From an uncultured Verrucomicrobia subdivision 3 bacterium (lineage in GTDB: Bacteria > Verrucomicrobiota > Verrucomicrobiia > Limisphaerales > UBA11358), in assembly GCA_903875465.1 (NCBI GenBank), contig CAIQWB010000102.1, positions 12,167 through 76,166 on the forward strand: a DNA stretch of 64,000 nucleotides, given 5' to 3'. Made by a program: the position numbers and the translations under genes. Positions 30,101-39,346 of the stretch are shown in pieces. How positions within the stretch are numbered: position 1 is the stretch's first letter; each line of letters begins with the position of its first letter. The notes under the pieces were generated by a model, which had not been told where the DNA came from, made no database searches, and was given only the letters and a program-made list of their open reading frames with translations.

Positions 30101-32526
30101 TCCGCCCGGGCCGCGGGCTTCCACATGATTTCTGAGAACGCGATCGGAGTCTTCCGGCTGGTTGGTCCCATGGCATCATGGGGATTAACCGGGGTGGCCA
30201 GCAGCGCGCCCACCGCCGTGGTGGAATAATTCACAAACTGGGCGGTGGTGGTCTGACTTGGATTGTGGCTGGCCGTGGCCAAGCCGAGATAGATTTGCGC
30301 GGGCAGGCTGATGGTCAGTGTTCCCAGCTGGGTCCAGTTAGTGCCGTCGTAACCACCGTAACCCGTAAAGACATTTCCCGTGCGATTGAGCCGCAGCCAG
30401 GTGCGCGGGTAATTGACTGGGAAATTGCCGGTGGTAACGGCCGTGCCGTTGGTGGTGGCGCGGCCGGCAAAGCAGGCCCCGTTCATACCAGGGGTGGCCA
30501 GGGCGGCGGCAAAAGGGCTGCCCACGGCCAGGCTGGCCCGGGCCATTAATCCCGCCTGCGCCCACAAGTCAGACAGGGCCAAGCCCGCCAGGCAGACGGA
30601 AACATCGAAATTACCGGTGCGCAACTGGTTTTGATAATTGAACTGGTCGCTGGCACCGCCAATGTTATTGCCAGAACTGGTGACCGTGAGGCCGTTGGTG
30701 GCATAAACCACGGTGGAAGTGAGGGCTGCGGCGCCAATGTCCTGGGAGACAAACGGCGCGGCGGTAAAAGCCGCCTGGGTGTTGGTGGCGATTAAGTTGG
30801 GGGTGCTGGACCGGTCGTGAATATTATTGATGACAAGCACATAATTGCTGCCATAAACGAACGGAGCGGTGGCCAGCGTAACGGTGGCTTTGTCGGTCAA
30901 AACTCCGCTGTAAATGGCCAGCCCGTTGGTGAAAGCGTAATTACCCGCATTGCCAGAAACGGCCGCCACGGGCTTGGAGTAGAGGATGACCACGTTGGAG
31001 ATTCCCACATTATAAATGCCCGTGACGGTGGGGGGCACGGTGTCGGCGAGCACGGTGAGGTTGACCGGGGCGCTGGTCAGCGAGCCGGCGGGATTGGTGA
31101 TTACACAGGTGAAGCTCTGACCATTGTTAAGCGCCAGGCTGGCATTCGTGAGGGTGTAAACTGGCAGCGTGGCCCCGGTCAGCCGGAGGCCGGTGTTGTA
31201 CCACTGATAGCTTGCCGGCCCCTGGTTGGTCACGAGCAGCGAGAAGGTGGCACTTTGATTTTCCACCACGGTAAGATTGGTGGTTTGGGCATAAATACCC
31301 GGCGTGGTATTCACCCCGGTGCAGGGAATAAGCTGGGTGCCCGCCGGGCTGACGGCGGCCATGGGTTGTTCATAAATTCCATTAGGCAGTTGCCAGCGCA
31401 CCGCGAGATTTTCCCCACCGCCACCCTGCTGCATCCGTGCCTCCAGATAGTAACGGCAGCCGCCTTGCAAATAGATGGCGGGGGATTGCTGGCTCGCGAA
31501 CCAGGACCAGCTTTCCGACGACGTATAGGAGTCGACCCCGGCAATGGACACCATGCCGGCCGGGGATTCATTCGTGCTCAGGTATAGTTGCGACACATCA
31601 TCGCTGGCGATCCAAAAGGTGTAGAGCCCATTGGTGGGCGGCACGACAAACGTGCGCACCCGCTGGCCAAAGTTATTCAAGGGCACATTGATCTCGGTCT
31701 CGAAATTATTGAAAACATGGGTATAGGCGGCGGCCGGCGTGGCTGGCCAGCTGGGGTTGTAGGTGGTGTTGGTAAGGACGGCCAGCGTGTTGCCCACGCT
31801 GGCATTGAGGTTGGTCCACAGTTCCCGGTAAACGCCAAAGGTGGACGCGGCGAGGCTCACATTCGTAAACGTGGAGGTGTTCAGCGCCGTATTGTTATGC
31901 GCCGTCACCGCCAGTCCGGCCAGGACCACCCCATTCAATTCGATAGTGGTCGTGCTCCCGACCTGGGTCCAATTAGTTCCATCCACGCTGTAATAACCGC
32001 TGTATTGATCACTGGACCTGACCAGCCGAAGCCACACCGGCGGGTTTATCCCGTACACTTGCGCATTGGCCGAAGTGCCGCCGGTGGTGGTGCGGGCCTG
32101 GAAGTTCACCCCTTGGCCAGCCGTGGCATTCATCATGACATTGGCCGACCCGGCGCTGGTGTCATTGCGGAACATCACGCCCGCCCTGGACCAGCCGGAG
32201 CCTGGATCGGTATTTTGCACCCCGGTGACCAAGGCGGTGATGGAGCCATCCGCCGGGAAGTTTTGGCTGGCGAAGTTGCACTGGTCGGCGATATCCCAAA
32301 TATCTGCGCCGCCGCCGGCAACAGTCCAACTCCCGTTGGTAGCGGTGGCCGAGCCGGCAAGGGCGGGTGAACCAATATCCGTGTCGCTCCAACCGGGCGG
32401 CAATCCTGCTTGGGCCGATGACAGGGGGGCCAGCAGCAGAAGGAGCGCAAGCTGGGGAAGCGGGATAAATCGACGGGCAGCAAGGTGCTTGATCACAAGC
32501 GTGCAGCGCAGCAGCAATGGGTTCAT
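24115..32526 (-). CDS. Giant (about 2800 aa) secreted multidomain protein: two lectin/DUF1349-like domains, a PA14-like domain, an Ig-like domain, five lamin-tail (LTD) domains, a CotH kinase-like domain, and a C-terminal domain ending YYRLQLVN
   Basis: Signal peptide at ATG 32526 (MNPLLLRC...LLLLAPLSSAQA). Five LTD signatures (V)INEI.Y....(Y/F)(I/V)ELYN. CotH-like stretch FNKIHQPGNG...LGVPWLNKRYVAVYVNG...YLYKMQPW. PA14-like stretch GLYTFWIASDDVSQLYL. Confidence 0.88.
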   Translation of the reverse strand: MNPLLLRCTLVIKHLAARRFIPLPQLALLLLLAPLSSAQAGLPPGWSDTDIGSPALAGSATATNGSWTVAGGGADIWDIADQCNFASQNFPADGSITALVTGVQNTDPGSGWSRAGVMFRNDTSAGSANVMMNATAGQGVNFQARTTTGGTSANAQVYGINPPVWLRLVRSSDQYSGYYSVDGTNWTQVGSTTTIELNGVVLAGLAVTAHNNTALNTSTFTNVSLAASTFGVYRELWTNLNASVGNTLAVLTNTTYNPSWPATPAAAYTHVFNNFETEINVPLNNFGQRVRTFVVPPTNGLYTFWIASDDVSQLYLSTNESPAGMVSIAGVDSYTSSESWSWFASQQSPAIYLQGGCRYYLEARMQQGGGGENLAVRWQLPNGIYEQPMAAVSPAGTQLIPCTGVNTTPGIYAQTTNLTVVENQSATFSLLVTNQGPASYQWYNTGLRLTGATLPVYTLTNASLALNNGQSFTCVITNPAGSLTSAPVNLTVLADTVPPTVTGIYNVGISNVVILYSKPVAAVSGNAGNYAFTNGLAIYSGVLTDKATVTLATAPFVYGSNYVLVINNIHDRSSTPNLIATNTQAAFTAAPFVSQDIGAAALTSTVVYATNGLTVTSSGNNIGGASDQFNYQNQLRTGNFDVSVCLAGLALSDLWAQAGLMARASLAVGSPFAAALATPGMNGACFAGRATTNGTAVTTGNFPVNYPRTWLRLNRTGNVFTGYGGYDGTNWTQLGTLTISLPAQIYLGLATASHNPSQTTTAQFVNYSTTAVGALLATPVNPHDAMGPTSRKTPIAFSEIMWKPAARADGKNLEFLEIYNSNPWFQDIGNYQITCADMNYRIPAGTTIPGGSYLVLAAAPADISSVYGITNVMGPYIGSLKHAETLELLDERTNVLLTVPYTDVYPWPVATGGTGHSLVLGNPTYGEGDPRAWDLSDSTGGSPGQLDPYTPSPLRAVVINEILPHSENPAVPQFIELYNHSTNPVNLAGCILTDDPTTNKFVMPTGTLVGPAGFVAFTQAQLGFTLNGAGATLYFLKPDGTRVLDAVQFGAQADGISYGRWPDGANDFYAFTTNTPGTNNSPILIGGIVINELMYDPISGNDDDQYIELYNQGTNTINLQGWQFTSGVTFTFPSVSLAPNRYLVVARNATNLYAKYSNLNSGNTVGNYSGKLSHNGELVQLSMPQTWFTNTTILVAEDQVTYETGGRWGQWASGGGSSLELIDPHANHRLANNWADSDDTAKSVWTNFTYTGMLDNGANYDPAIDYAQIGLLDSGECLVDNVQVLYNGTNYVANATFDGGQGLNNWSLQGCMVRSSLESPGYLSTYALHIRNSDRLWTGNNSCQVALLTNNLTAGQTVTLSFAARWLHGWQEPLLRLNGNWLEATGTLPVPNNLGSPGQANSTYITNAGPAIYNVTHNPPLPAAGQPVVVTATVNDPDGIQNLWLYYRLDPAANYTTLAMNDNATRGDAIAHDGTFSATIPGQAAGQVVAFYLAATDSRGAVTRFPTVRSLNNEPVRECAIVFGDINPGGSFGAYHLWLTQTNITRWASLSDLSNEAHDGTFVNGNRVIYNMQGRFAGSPYHQEFDSPVGNLCHYKWIFNDDDKFLGATDFNKIHQPGNGPGDDTSIQREQLATTFLRALGVPWLNKRYVAVYVNGSRRGILMEDTQVPGSDVVKEHWPNDTGGYLYKMQPWFEMAPFPAGATMAFNNNAWCNLLPYTTTGGLKKPARYRYNFEIRRTPGSASDFTNVFSLIDAANSSTSPGYVANLENIADMENWMRVFAANHAAGNWDSFGAQNAQNLYGYIGALGTKYSLIMWDFNIVLGNSGSWGPGQNLFALNYQDPNMSAIYSNPTFLRMYWRALQELVNGPLNPAASRPLVTAKFNAFTANGLSVEDPAANILPWLSQAQTSIAAQLAAVNASRFSVNPGVILGNNVAYVTGVAPVNVSAVWINGAAYPLTWTSLTAWQATVPLKVGTNQINVAGIDKNNQPIAGDIGNVNVVYSGTNASPAGQVVINEIMYAPSVGNAQYVELYNNSTNTTFDLSGWQIGGLNYTFPNGSLLAPTNFLVLAANGPAFAAAYGATNPVFDLFSGTLQPPQLLSLVRPGGSSTSNLMVSAVQYDSAAPWPATATAAGASLQLIDPLQDNWRAGNWTTVLPGANSLPQWTYVTVTGTASSSLFYIYLQSAGDVYVDDVQFVAGSVAGVGANLLSDGDFESGFPGPWTVSPNLSGSVLSTAVRHGGKASLHVIASSPGTTQSSAIWQIMSPAATPNGTYTLSYWYLPSTNGGPLTLRLSGSGTVATVNPAPLTSSLAAATPDVSNSVATSLTLFPSLWINEIQPNNLTGVTNHAGQHTAWLELFNPGTNTLSLNSLYLANNYTNLLQWAFPGNAVIGAGQFKVIFADGLTNLSTTNELHTSFALPGATGSLALTRLATNGRIEVLDYVNYHNIGPNDAYGSVPDGQSFVREELFAATPGASNNASSTPPPSYVYYAQPGLVYTQTFDSLPNPGATSVNTANPVTIGSVTYSLADPYDFAYPALASGGNGGLGLASLAGWYGRSALLSRFGATDGDQTTGGQISFGLPGSDNRALGLLATSTTGGTSFGVRFINGTGLSLNRINVQFTGEVWRQSNVPKTLQCYYFVDPTATATFPLGATAFVPALNVNLPTVGTAVGGVPVDGTATLNQTNLTVLNQAITNWPPGAALWLVWQMPDSSGKAQGLGLDNFSFSASVPQAVPLTIQTSGTNLFLNWPGVAGQIYQLQYKDDLTAPAWTPLGNPVTGTGGALTLTNNFGGSPQRYYRLQLVN

Positions 32527-32843
32527 TAGAAGCGATCCTAAAGCAGCACGGCTGTTTTGTAAACTTTCCAAGTCATTGATGGAATAAACACAAGGCAAAA
32601 TGGAGATCATCAAATTATGGATTGAAACCCCGGTTGAATGCTGAGCAAACCCGAGCAACGACGGTGTGAAATAAAACAGCAGGGGCCAAGGGCCGGGACT
32701 TTCATTCCCGGTGACTGACTGGCTAAAACCCCGGGTAAAACCGGATGGAACATCGCAAAAAATGCGCGGGCATTGACAATCCGCGCGCGGAATTCTTCGT
32801 TGACGCACCCTGATTCCTGAGTACTATGAGGGCATTGACTTAA

Positions 32844-33941
<1,098 letters not shown>

Positions 33942-33960
33942 GTTTTAGTTTTGCGTCAAA

Positions 33961-33988
33961 GGCGATCCGGCAACGGATCGCCTTTTTT
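33961..33988 (+). terminator. Rho-independent terminator after gap, also 3 nt beyond the convergent msrA stop
   Basis: Perfect 9-bp stem ggcgatccg / cggatcgcc, loop gcaa, followed by T6. Confidence 0.85.
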
Positions 33989-33990
33989 CG

Positions 33991-34545
33991 TTATTCCGGG
34001 GTCTGCGGGGCCGGGGAAATCAGGTGCTGTTTCTCCAGCTTGCGCAGTTTGGGCGTGATCATTACCTGGCAATAGGGGGCATGGGCATTGGCCTCGTAAT
34101 ATTCCTGGTGGTATTCCTCCGCCGGATAAAATGTCGTTGCCGGGACGATCTCGGTGACGATGGGTTGGGGGAAACTGGCGGCGGCCCTGGCTTTGGATTG
34201 TTCGGCCAGTAATTGTTGCTCCGGGGTATGAACCAGAATGATGGAGCGATACTGCGTGCCGGCGTCCGCTCCCTGGCGGTTCAGGGTGGTCGGGTCATGG
34301 GCCTGCCAGAAGACTTCCAGCAATTGGGCATAGGATACTTGGGACGGATCAAAGGTCACCCGGGCGACCTCGGCGTGGCCAGTGGTGCCCGAGCAAATCT
34401 CGTGGTAAGTGGGATTTTGCGTATGCCCGGCCGTGTAACCGCTGACCACCGAGCGCACTCCGGGCAGCCGCCGAAAGACGGCCTCAATGCACCAAAAACA
34501 GCCGCCGCCAAAATCAGCGGTTTCGATGGATAGAGGAGTATTCAT
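33991..34545 (-). CDS. msrA: Peptide methionine (S)-sulfoxide reductase
   Basis: The GGGCFWC active-site motif with a full-length MsrA-like sequence. Confidence 0.95.
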   Translation of the reverse strand: MNTPLSIETADFGGGCFWCIEAVFRRLPGVRSVVSGYTAGHTQNPTYHEICSGTTGHAEVARVTFDPSQVSYAQLLEVFWQAHDPTTLNRQGADAGTQYRSIILVHTPEQQLLAEQSKARAAASFPQPIVTEIVPATTFYPAEEYHQEYYEANAHAPYCQVMITPKLRKLEKQHLISPAPQTPE

Positions 34546-34557
34546 GGGGTGGACTAT

Positions 34558-34845
34558 TTAATCGGTCTCCGGCACATCCAGTTGCTGGCCCGGGGGCAAG
34601 CCGGCATATTTTTCCAAGTGCTCGGGCCGCAGCGGTTCGGAAATTTTTTGTTCTTCGTTAAACCATTTGCCCAGGTCGATCAACCGGCAGCGGCGGGAGC
34701 AAAATGGACCGTAGTCGCCAGCGAACCAGTCGCCGGTGGTTTTGCACACGGGGCACTTGATCGCCGTGGGGACTTTATTTGGTTTCGCGGGCAAGTTGTT
34801 TGAGGTCGTCGAGCACGGCTTGGGAGTCGGCAAATGGGACGCCAT
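34558..34845 (-). CDS. yacG: DNA gyrase inhibitor YacG (zinc finger); true start probably downstream of 34845
   Basis: CPVCKTTGDW...GPFCSRRCRLIDLGKWFNEE matches the YacG zinc-ribbon. The long ORF overlaps the upstream gene by 70 nt; an in-frame TTG at 34794 is a possible start. Confidence 0.8.
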   Translation of the reverse strand: MASHLPTPKPCSTTSNNLPAKPNKVPTAIKCPVCKTTGDWFAGDYGPFCSRRCRLIDLGKWFNEEQKISEPLRPEHLEKYAGLPPGQQLDVPETD

Positions 34846-35341
34846 TGCTGGCCAGGATTTGTTCGAGGCTTTCGGAGATCATGCCCAATTGGGCCGGGGT
34901 GAGGTGCGACCCATTGGCTGCGGCGTGCAAGTATTGGGCGAATTTTTGAAAATGGCTCTTTAAGGCGGGCTTGCCATGGACCGCGGTGGCGAGATCCCCG
35001 ATCAGTTTGGCCACGGTTTCGGCGGAGGCTTTGGTGCCACCGGCGGCGGCGGCCAAGTGATTGGTCAGGGCCGCCGGGGGGGTGGAGTTGGTGGACAGAT
35101 AATTTAAATCTGCCCGCAGACTGGCAATGTTTTGCAAGGTGGCCGCCAGGGCAGGGTCCATCGGCTGCGCCGGCTGGGGGCGGGCCATGCCAGCCTGGGC
35201 CTGGGCATCCGGGTCCGCATTGGCGGCGGCTTCGGTTTTATTGACGGCCTTATGGGCCAGATTAATCGCCGCATTGTAATTTTGCGCCGACGAGGCCAGT
35301 GCCAGACTTATCACCCCGCTCAAAGCAACCCAGGTTTTCAT
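34775..35341 (-). CDS. Secreted alanine-rich helical hypothetical protein
   Basis: Signal peptide MKTWVALSGVISLALASSAQ. No motif I recognise. Confidence 0.55.
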   Translation of the reverse strand: MKTWVALSGVISLALASSAQNYNAAINLAHKAVNKTEAAANADPDAQAQAGMARPQPAQPMDPALAATLQNIASLRADLNYLSTNSTPPAALTNHLAAAAGGTKASAETVAKLIGDLATAVHGKPALKSHFQKFAQYLHAAANGSHLTPAQLGMISESLEQILASNGVPFADSQAVLDDLKQLARETK

Positions 35342-35349
35342 AACGCCAT

Positions 35350-37815
35350 TTAGTTTTTACTGACGGTGGCTCCTTGGGACAGCAAGGAAATGTAATCCTG
35401 CAAAATCCTGCCCGTTTCCAGCAACAGCGGATCCAAGTCAGGCAGGTTTTTGACTTTTATGGTCTGGGTCGTCAGGCTGCCGTGGTTGGTGCTGTCCCGG
35501 GGAATCGCATTGGTAATCAAGGCGGAGTAGAAGGTGTTGGTCGGGTTGATTTTGACCAAATTGTTGGTGCCAAAGAAGGACAGGAAAGAAGGCGCGAAGT
35601 CATAGCGAACGATCGCCTGCCGGGAGGTGTTGGTGGTGCTGACTTCATTGGTTTCGGTGAGGCCAGGGAAATACACTGGGGAGGGCAGACCGGGTTTATC
35701 GGCATCCGCCAGACTGATGGCGTAAACTTTCATCGCGGCCGGGGGGCGGTGATTGCGCTCATCATCGCGCACTTTTTGCCGGGCTTCGTTGGACTGGCGC
35801 TCCTTGATGGCCTCATGTTCATTCAACGTGATGCTTTTATCCGCCTGCATTTTTTTGAACTGGTCAATGTCCTGCTGGAGGTAGATGAAATCCTGGTTGG
35901 TGGCAATGCGGGCAGCGGAGAGTTTGCCCAATTCAGGGACGTAGGCCTGCACCATATTGAACTTGGTGTAATTGGCGCTGGCGATGGTGTCCCAAGGCAG
36001 CGGATGCTCCAGGGTGGCTTCACTTTCGATGTCGGTCCGGTGATCGAGGGGGTCAGGCAAGACGATGTCGGACATCACGCCCTTGAACTGGGTGGAGGCA
36101 CCATTGACCCGGTAGAACTTGCGGATGGTGACTTTGACTTCGCCGGGATCGTTAGTGGCGGTCGGGGTGGCGGGCCAGACGAAGGGGCGCAATTGGTTCA
36201 GGCTCTGCACGGTGCCTTTGCCGAAGCTGGAGGAGTCGCCAACAATCAGCGCCCGGTCATAGTCCTGCAGGGCGGCGGCGGCAATTTCCGAGGCCGAGGC
36301 GCTGTAACGATTGATCATGACCACGAGCGGGCCACTATAGGCAATATTGGTATCGGTGTCGGCATCCACGTTGATGGGGCCTTCGGGGGCACGGGCCTGC
36401 ACCACGGGACCATCTTTGATAAACAGGCCGGTCAACTTCACGGCTTCCTCCAGCGAACCGCCGGGGTTGTTGCGCAAATCCAAGATAATGCCATCGACTT
36501 TCTCTGCCTTGAGTTTGTTGACTAATTTCGCCACATCCACGGAGGTGTACTTGGGCAGTGAGCGGCCGTAACTGTCCCCAACCGGGGCATAGAAGGACGG
36601 CAAATCAATCACGCCAAGGCGGTTGGTGCCGCCTTTGCCATCGGGAGTGATCAGGAGTTTGGCCTTGGCGGCCTGGTCCTCAAGCTTGATCTCATCCCGC
36701 ACGAGGGAGATGACGCGCCGCGCCGCCCGGTCTTCGAACGGGCTGATGGTCAGGCGCACCTCGGTGGCTTTGGGGCCACGGATGAGCTGGACCACCTTGC
36801 CAAGCTCCATGTCCACCACATTTACTGGTGGGCCATCCGCCTGGGCCACAGCCAGAATCCGGTCTTTTTCCTTAATTTTTTTGCTTTTATCGGCCGGGCC
36901 GCCCACCACCAGCTTGCTGATGGAGCAATAGCCATCGTCTTCCATGAGTTGCGCGCCAATCCCGAAGAGCGACAGGTTCATGGTGATGGAAAACTCCTGG
37001 GCGTGTTCCGGGTTGAAATAATCGGAATGGGGATCATAGGCATGGGTGAGGCCATTCAAGTAGGCCTGCAAAATATCCGTGCTGTCCCAGTTGGTGAAAA
37101 TGTGCAGGTTCGCCTGGTAGTGCTTGATCAGGTTGGTTGAAATTTCCAAGTAATCTTTCTTGGTCAATTCGGTCAGCACGCTGCTGTTGGTTGGCGAAAT
37201 TTCCCGGCTTAATTTGTCCTGCAAATACTCAAATTTGAGGCGCTGATCCCACAATTGTTCGGCTTCGGCGAGATCTTTGGGATAGGGCGCATGGCGGCGG
37301 TCGATGGCAATGCGGTCGTGGGTGTTAAATTTGAAGTGGCCGGCCTGCACTTTGTCAAGGACGTAGGCATCATGTTCCTGGAGGCGTTCCAGAAAGCGCT
37401 TGTAGATGACAAAAGCGGGGGTCAAATCCGCCGCGCCCTGGCCACCCGTGGTAAATTTGTCCAAGTTGGTACGGTACACGGACAGTTCAGCGAGATCGGA
37501 TTGCAGGAAATCCTCGTGCCGGGGATCCAAGGAATCTAGGTAGCCGTCAAAAAATTTCTGGGAGATGTCGGCGTCGAGGGGGCGCTGGGTGTAGTGGAAT
37601 TGTTCCAGCAACCGGGCGGTGACGTAGGCGATGCGCGGATCATTGGGGCCCGGGGAGAGGTTGCGGGTGGACGTGCCCACCGGTACCGTAATGCTGACGG
37701 GTGGCCCGGCTTTTTGGCCGGTGGCACAGCTCACGATAACGAAAAAGCCCAGCAACACCACCGGGGTGGCCAGAAAAAAGGTCTTGGTTTTCAGGTAACG
37801 CATGATAATTGGCAC
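35350..37815 (-). CDS. Tail-specific / C-terminal processing protease (S41 family, Prc-like)
   Basis: PDZ-like segment GIGAQL...GGPA and S41 catalytic region NRYSASASEIAAAALQDY...GKGTVQ. Alternative start at 37803. Confidence 0.88.
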   Translation of the reverse strand: MPIIMRYLKTKTFFLATPVVLLGFFVIVSCATGQKAGPPVSITVPVGTSTRNLSPGPNDPRIAYVTARLLEQFHYTQRPLDADISQKFFDGYLDSLDPRHEDFLQSDLAELSVYRTNLDKFTTGGQGAADLTPAFVIYKRFLERLQEHDAYVLDKVQAGHFKFNTHDRIAIDRRHAPYPKDLAEAEQLWDQRLKFEYLQDKLSREISPTNSSVLTELTKKDYLEISTNLIKHYQANLHIFTNWDSTDILQAYLNGLTHAYDPHSDYFNPEHAQEFSITMNLSLFGIGAQLMEDDGYCSISKLVVGGPADKSKKIKEKDRILAVAQADGPPVNVVDMELGKVVQLIRGPKATEVRLTISPFEDRAARRVISLVRDEIKLEDQAAKAKLLITPDGKGGTNRLGVIDLPSFYAPVGDSYGRSLPKYTSVDVAKLVNKLKAEKVDGIILDLRNNPGGSLEEAVKLTGLFIKDGPVVQARAPEGPINVDADTDTNIAYSGPLVVMINRYSASASEIAAAALQDYDRALIVGDSSSFGKGTVQSLNQLRPFVWPATPTATNDPGEVKVTIRKFYRVNGASTQFKGVMSDIVLPDPLDHRTDIESEATLEHPLPWDTIASANYTKFNMVQAYVPELGKLSAARIATNQDFIYLQQDIDQFKKMQADKSITLNEHEAIKERQSNEARQKVRDDERNHRPPAAMKVYAISLADADKPGLPSPVYFPGLTETNEVSTTNTSRQAIVRYDFAPSFLSFFGTNNLVKINPTNTFYSALITNAIPRDSTNHGSLTTQTIKVKNLPDLDPLLLETGRILQDYISLLSQGATVSKN

Positions 37816-37903
37816 AACTTCGACCCATTATAGAACGATTTGTTCAGTAAAGGAAACAATTTACGGTTTTCGGCCAGAAATGCAGTGGTAATTTGCCAGC
37901 AAA

Positions 37904-37923
37904 GGCACGATTTAGTGCGATTG
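37904..37923. repeat. Two 10-bp units (GGCACGATTT AGTGCGATTG) related to the array at 38150
   Basis: Read directly. About 90-110 bp upstream of the protease start codon. Confidence 0.6.
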
Positions 37924-38149
37924 ACCTGGATTTACCCGGGAATCAACCCCTCCGTCGGGCCGGAACCAACCGGACGCACGGCGAGGTGGGTTCAGCTTGG
38001 CTGGAACCGGTACGTGGGGGGAGGCATGCTCAGGGGCCACCCGCCGCTCCCGGCGCATTTTTTACTTTGATTCTTGGGAATATCCGGGGTTAACGCGGCT
38101 TGCCGGCCAGTTGCCTGGTACTTTGGCGGTTTAGCGGGAGGCCTTGAAA

Positions 38150-38179
38150 GGCACGATTTGGCACGATTGGGCACGATTG
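38150..38179. repeat. Three tandem 10-bp units: GGCACGATTT GGCACGATTG GGCACGATTG, followed by a G run
   Basis: Read directly. Lies in an ORF-poor stretch. Confidence 0.8.
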
Positions 38180-38579
38180 GGGGGGGATTATTGTGCCTGG
38201 CGGGCGCCCATCCTCCGTTGTGCGGGGCAGGGGGTGTCCCAATCCAATCATTTTTGGAGCGATGTCAAAGAGCGAGGCCGAAGGTGCCAGAGCAACCTGG
38301 GCGATGGGCGCATCCACACTCGGGTATCCGCAGTGGCGCGAGAATGTGACCCGATACCCGGACCGGCGCGGATGGGGGGGGCGGCAATTGCATCCACGTC
38401 ACCACTACTCGGATGATGTTAAATTGGGTGGCGCAGGATGTCAAGTGGTTGATTGCGCTGCGGGACCAAGACCGTGAGGCTGGTGGGATGGTTTTGTTAC
38501 GTTTAACGGGTGGGTCCAGCAACGGGTTATAACGCCGTTTCGGTGATTTCACACCCTTGATCATTTGGCGGAAATGGCA

Positions 38580-38927
38580 TCACATTCGAAGATCAGGCCT
38601 AAAAATATCGAATATGGCACTTATGGCCTGAAAGGCGAGGATAACCACGGCAAAAACGCCCAGCCAAAAGGTGAGAAATTTAAGAACGTCAGACCCGGTT
38701 TCTTGACGATGCAAATACAGGGCGCAAACCACCCAAATCAGCGGCAGGGCAAATCCAAAACCGCCATGCTCGTACCACCAGACTTGGGAAGGCGGTATAG
38801 CTAGTGGCGGCTGGGACAGGGAACTCCATTTATGGTAAATGCCGCCCACCAGAATGCTGGTGATCACCACGCCAACTTGCATGAGGGCAACCCGGACGAT
38901 GTTTTGGATGGTCCACATGGTTATCAA
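38580..38927 (-). CDS. Small hypothetical membrane protein (about 3 TM) in a low-GC islet
   Basis: Hydrophobic segments VALMQVGVVITSILVGGI, FALPLIWVVCALYL and FWLGVFAVVILAFQAISAIF. Composition is non-native for this window. Confidence 0.4.
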   Translation of the reverse strand: MITMWTIQNIVRVALMQVGVVITSILVGGIYHKWSSLSQPPLAIPPSQVWWYEHGGFGFALPLIWVVCALYLHRQETGSDVLKFLTFWLGVFAVVILAFQAISAIFDIFRPDLRM

Positions 38928-39034
38928 CCCCGCCTAATCTCCAAGGTTGCCGCGCGCGGTGTGAACCGCGCCAGAGAAACTGAACGGGCCAAAGACGCTT
39001 TTTCCGTCAACTTGTTTAAATGACTGGTTCATCT

Positions 39035-39346
39035 TCAAGAGTCTGGTCTCTGGTGTCCGCACTTCAATTCAATACCAGCCATGTGGACAGAAATTGAACT
39101 CATATTTCGTGACGGAAATACAGTCAAACCCTCGTCAGTAATACAAAACTCAAAATTTGCATCAAAAGTGACAACATCGGCTCGCAACTCGAGCGAATCT
39201 CGGGGCTTTAACCAATAATCCATCGCCTCTGGTTCTATGAAAACCAACTGTTTCTTTTGAGTACGATTCTCGATGGTTGTGCTTCGTGTCATCAATGGGT
39301 GAAGTCGCCCTAGGTGATAATCAGGCACGGATGGGTGGTTAATCAC
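39035..39346 (-). CDS. Small hypothetical soluble protein in a low-GC islet
   Basis: 103-aa ORF with ordinary amino-acid composition, unlike the surrounding GC-shadow ORFs. No motif recognised. Confidence 0.4.
   Translation of the reverse strand: MINHPSVPDYHLGRLHPLMTRSTTIENRTQKKQLVFIEPEAMDYWLKPRDSLELRADVVTFDANFEFCITDEGLTVFPSRNMSSISVHMAGIELKCGHQRPDS

Noticed and set aside
38145-38170. TGAAAG at 38145 as another TGAAAG-N16-CGTA promoter
   Set aside because: Sixteen nt downstream the sequence is TTGG, not CGTA. The hexamer is simply the left flank of the 10-bp repeat array.
37816-38560. Possible tmRNA, RNase P RNA, SRP RNA or riboswitch in the ORF-free stretch
   Set aside because: I looked for the hallmark strings: a tRNA-like GGTTCGA.TCC...CCACCA end, GAGGAAAGTCC, and GGAAG...AGCA of SRP helix 8. 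None was found on either strand. The region is kept as an unexplained finding, not as an RNA gene.
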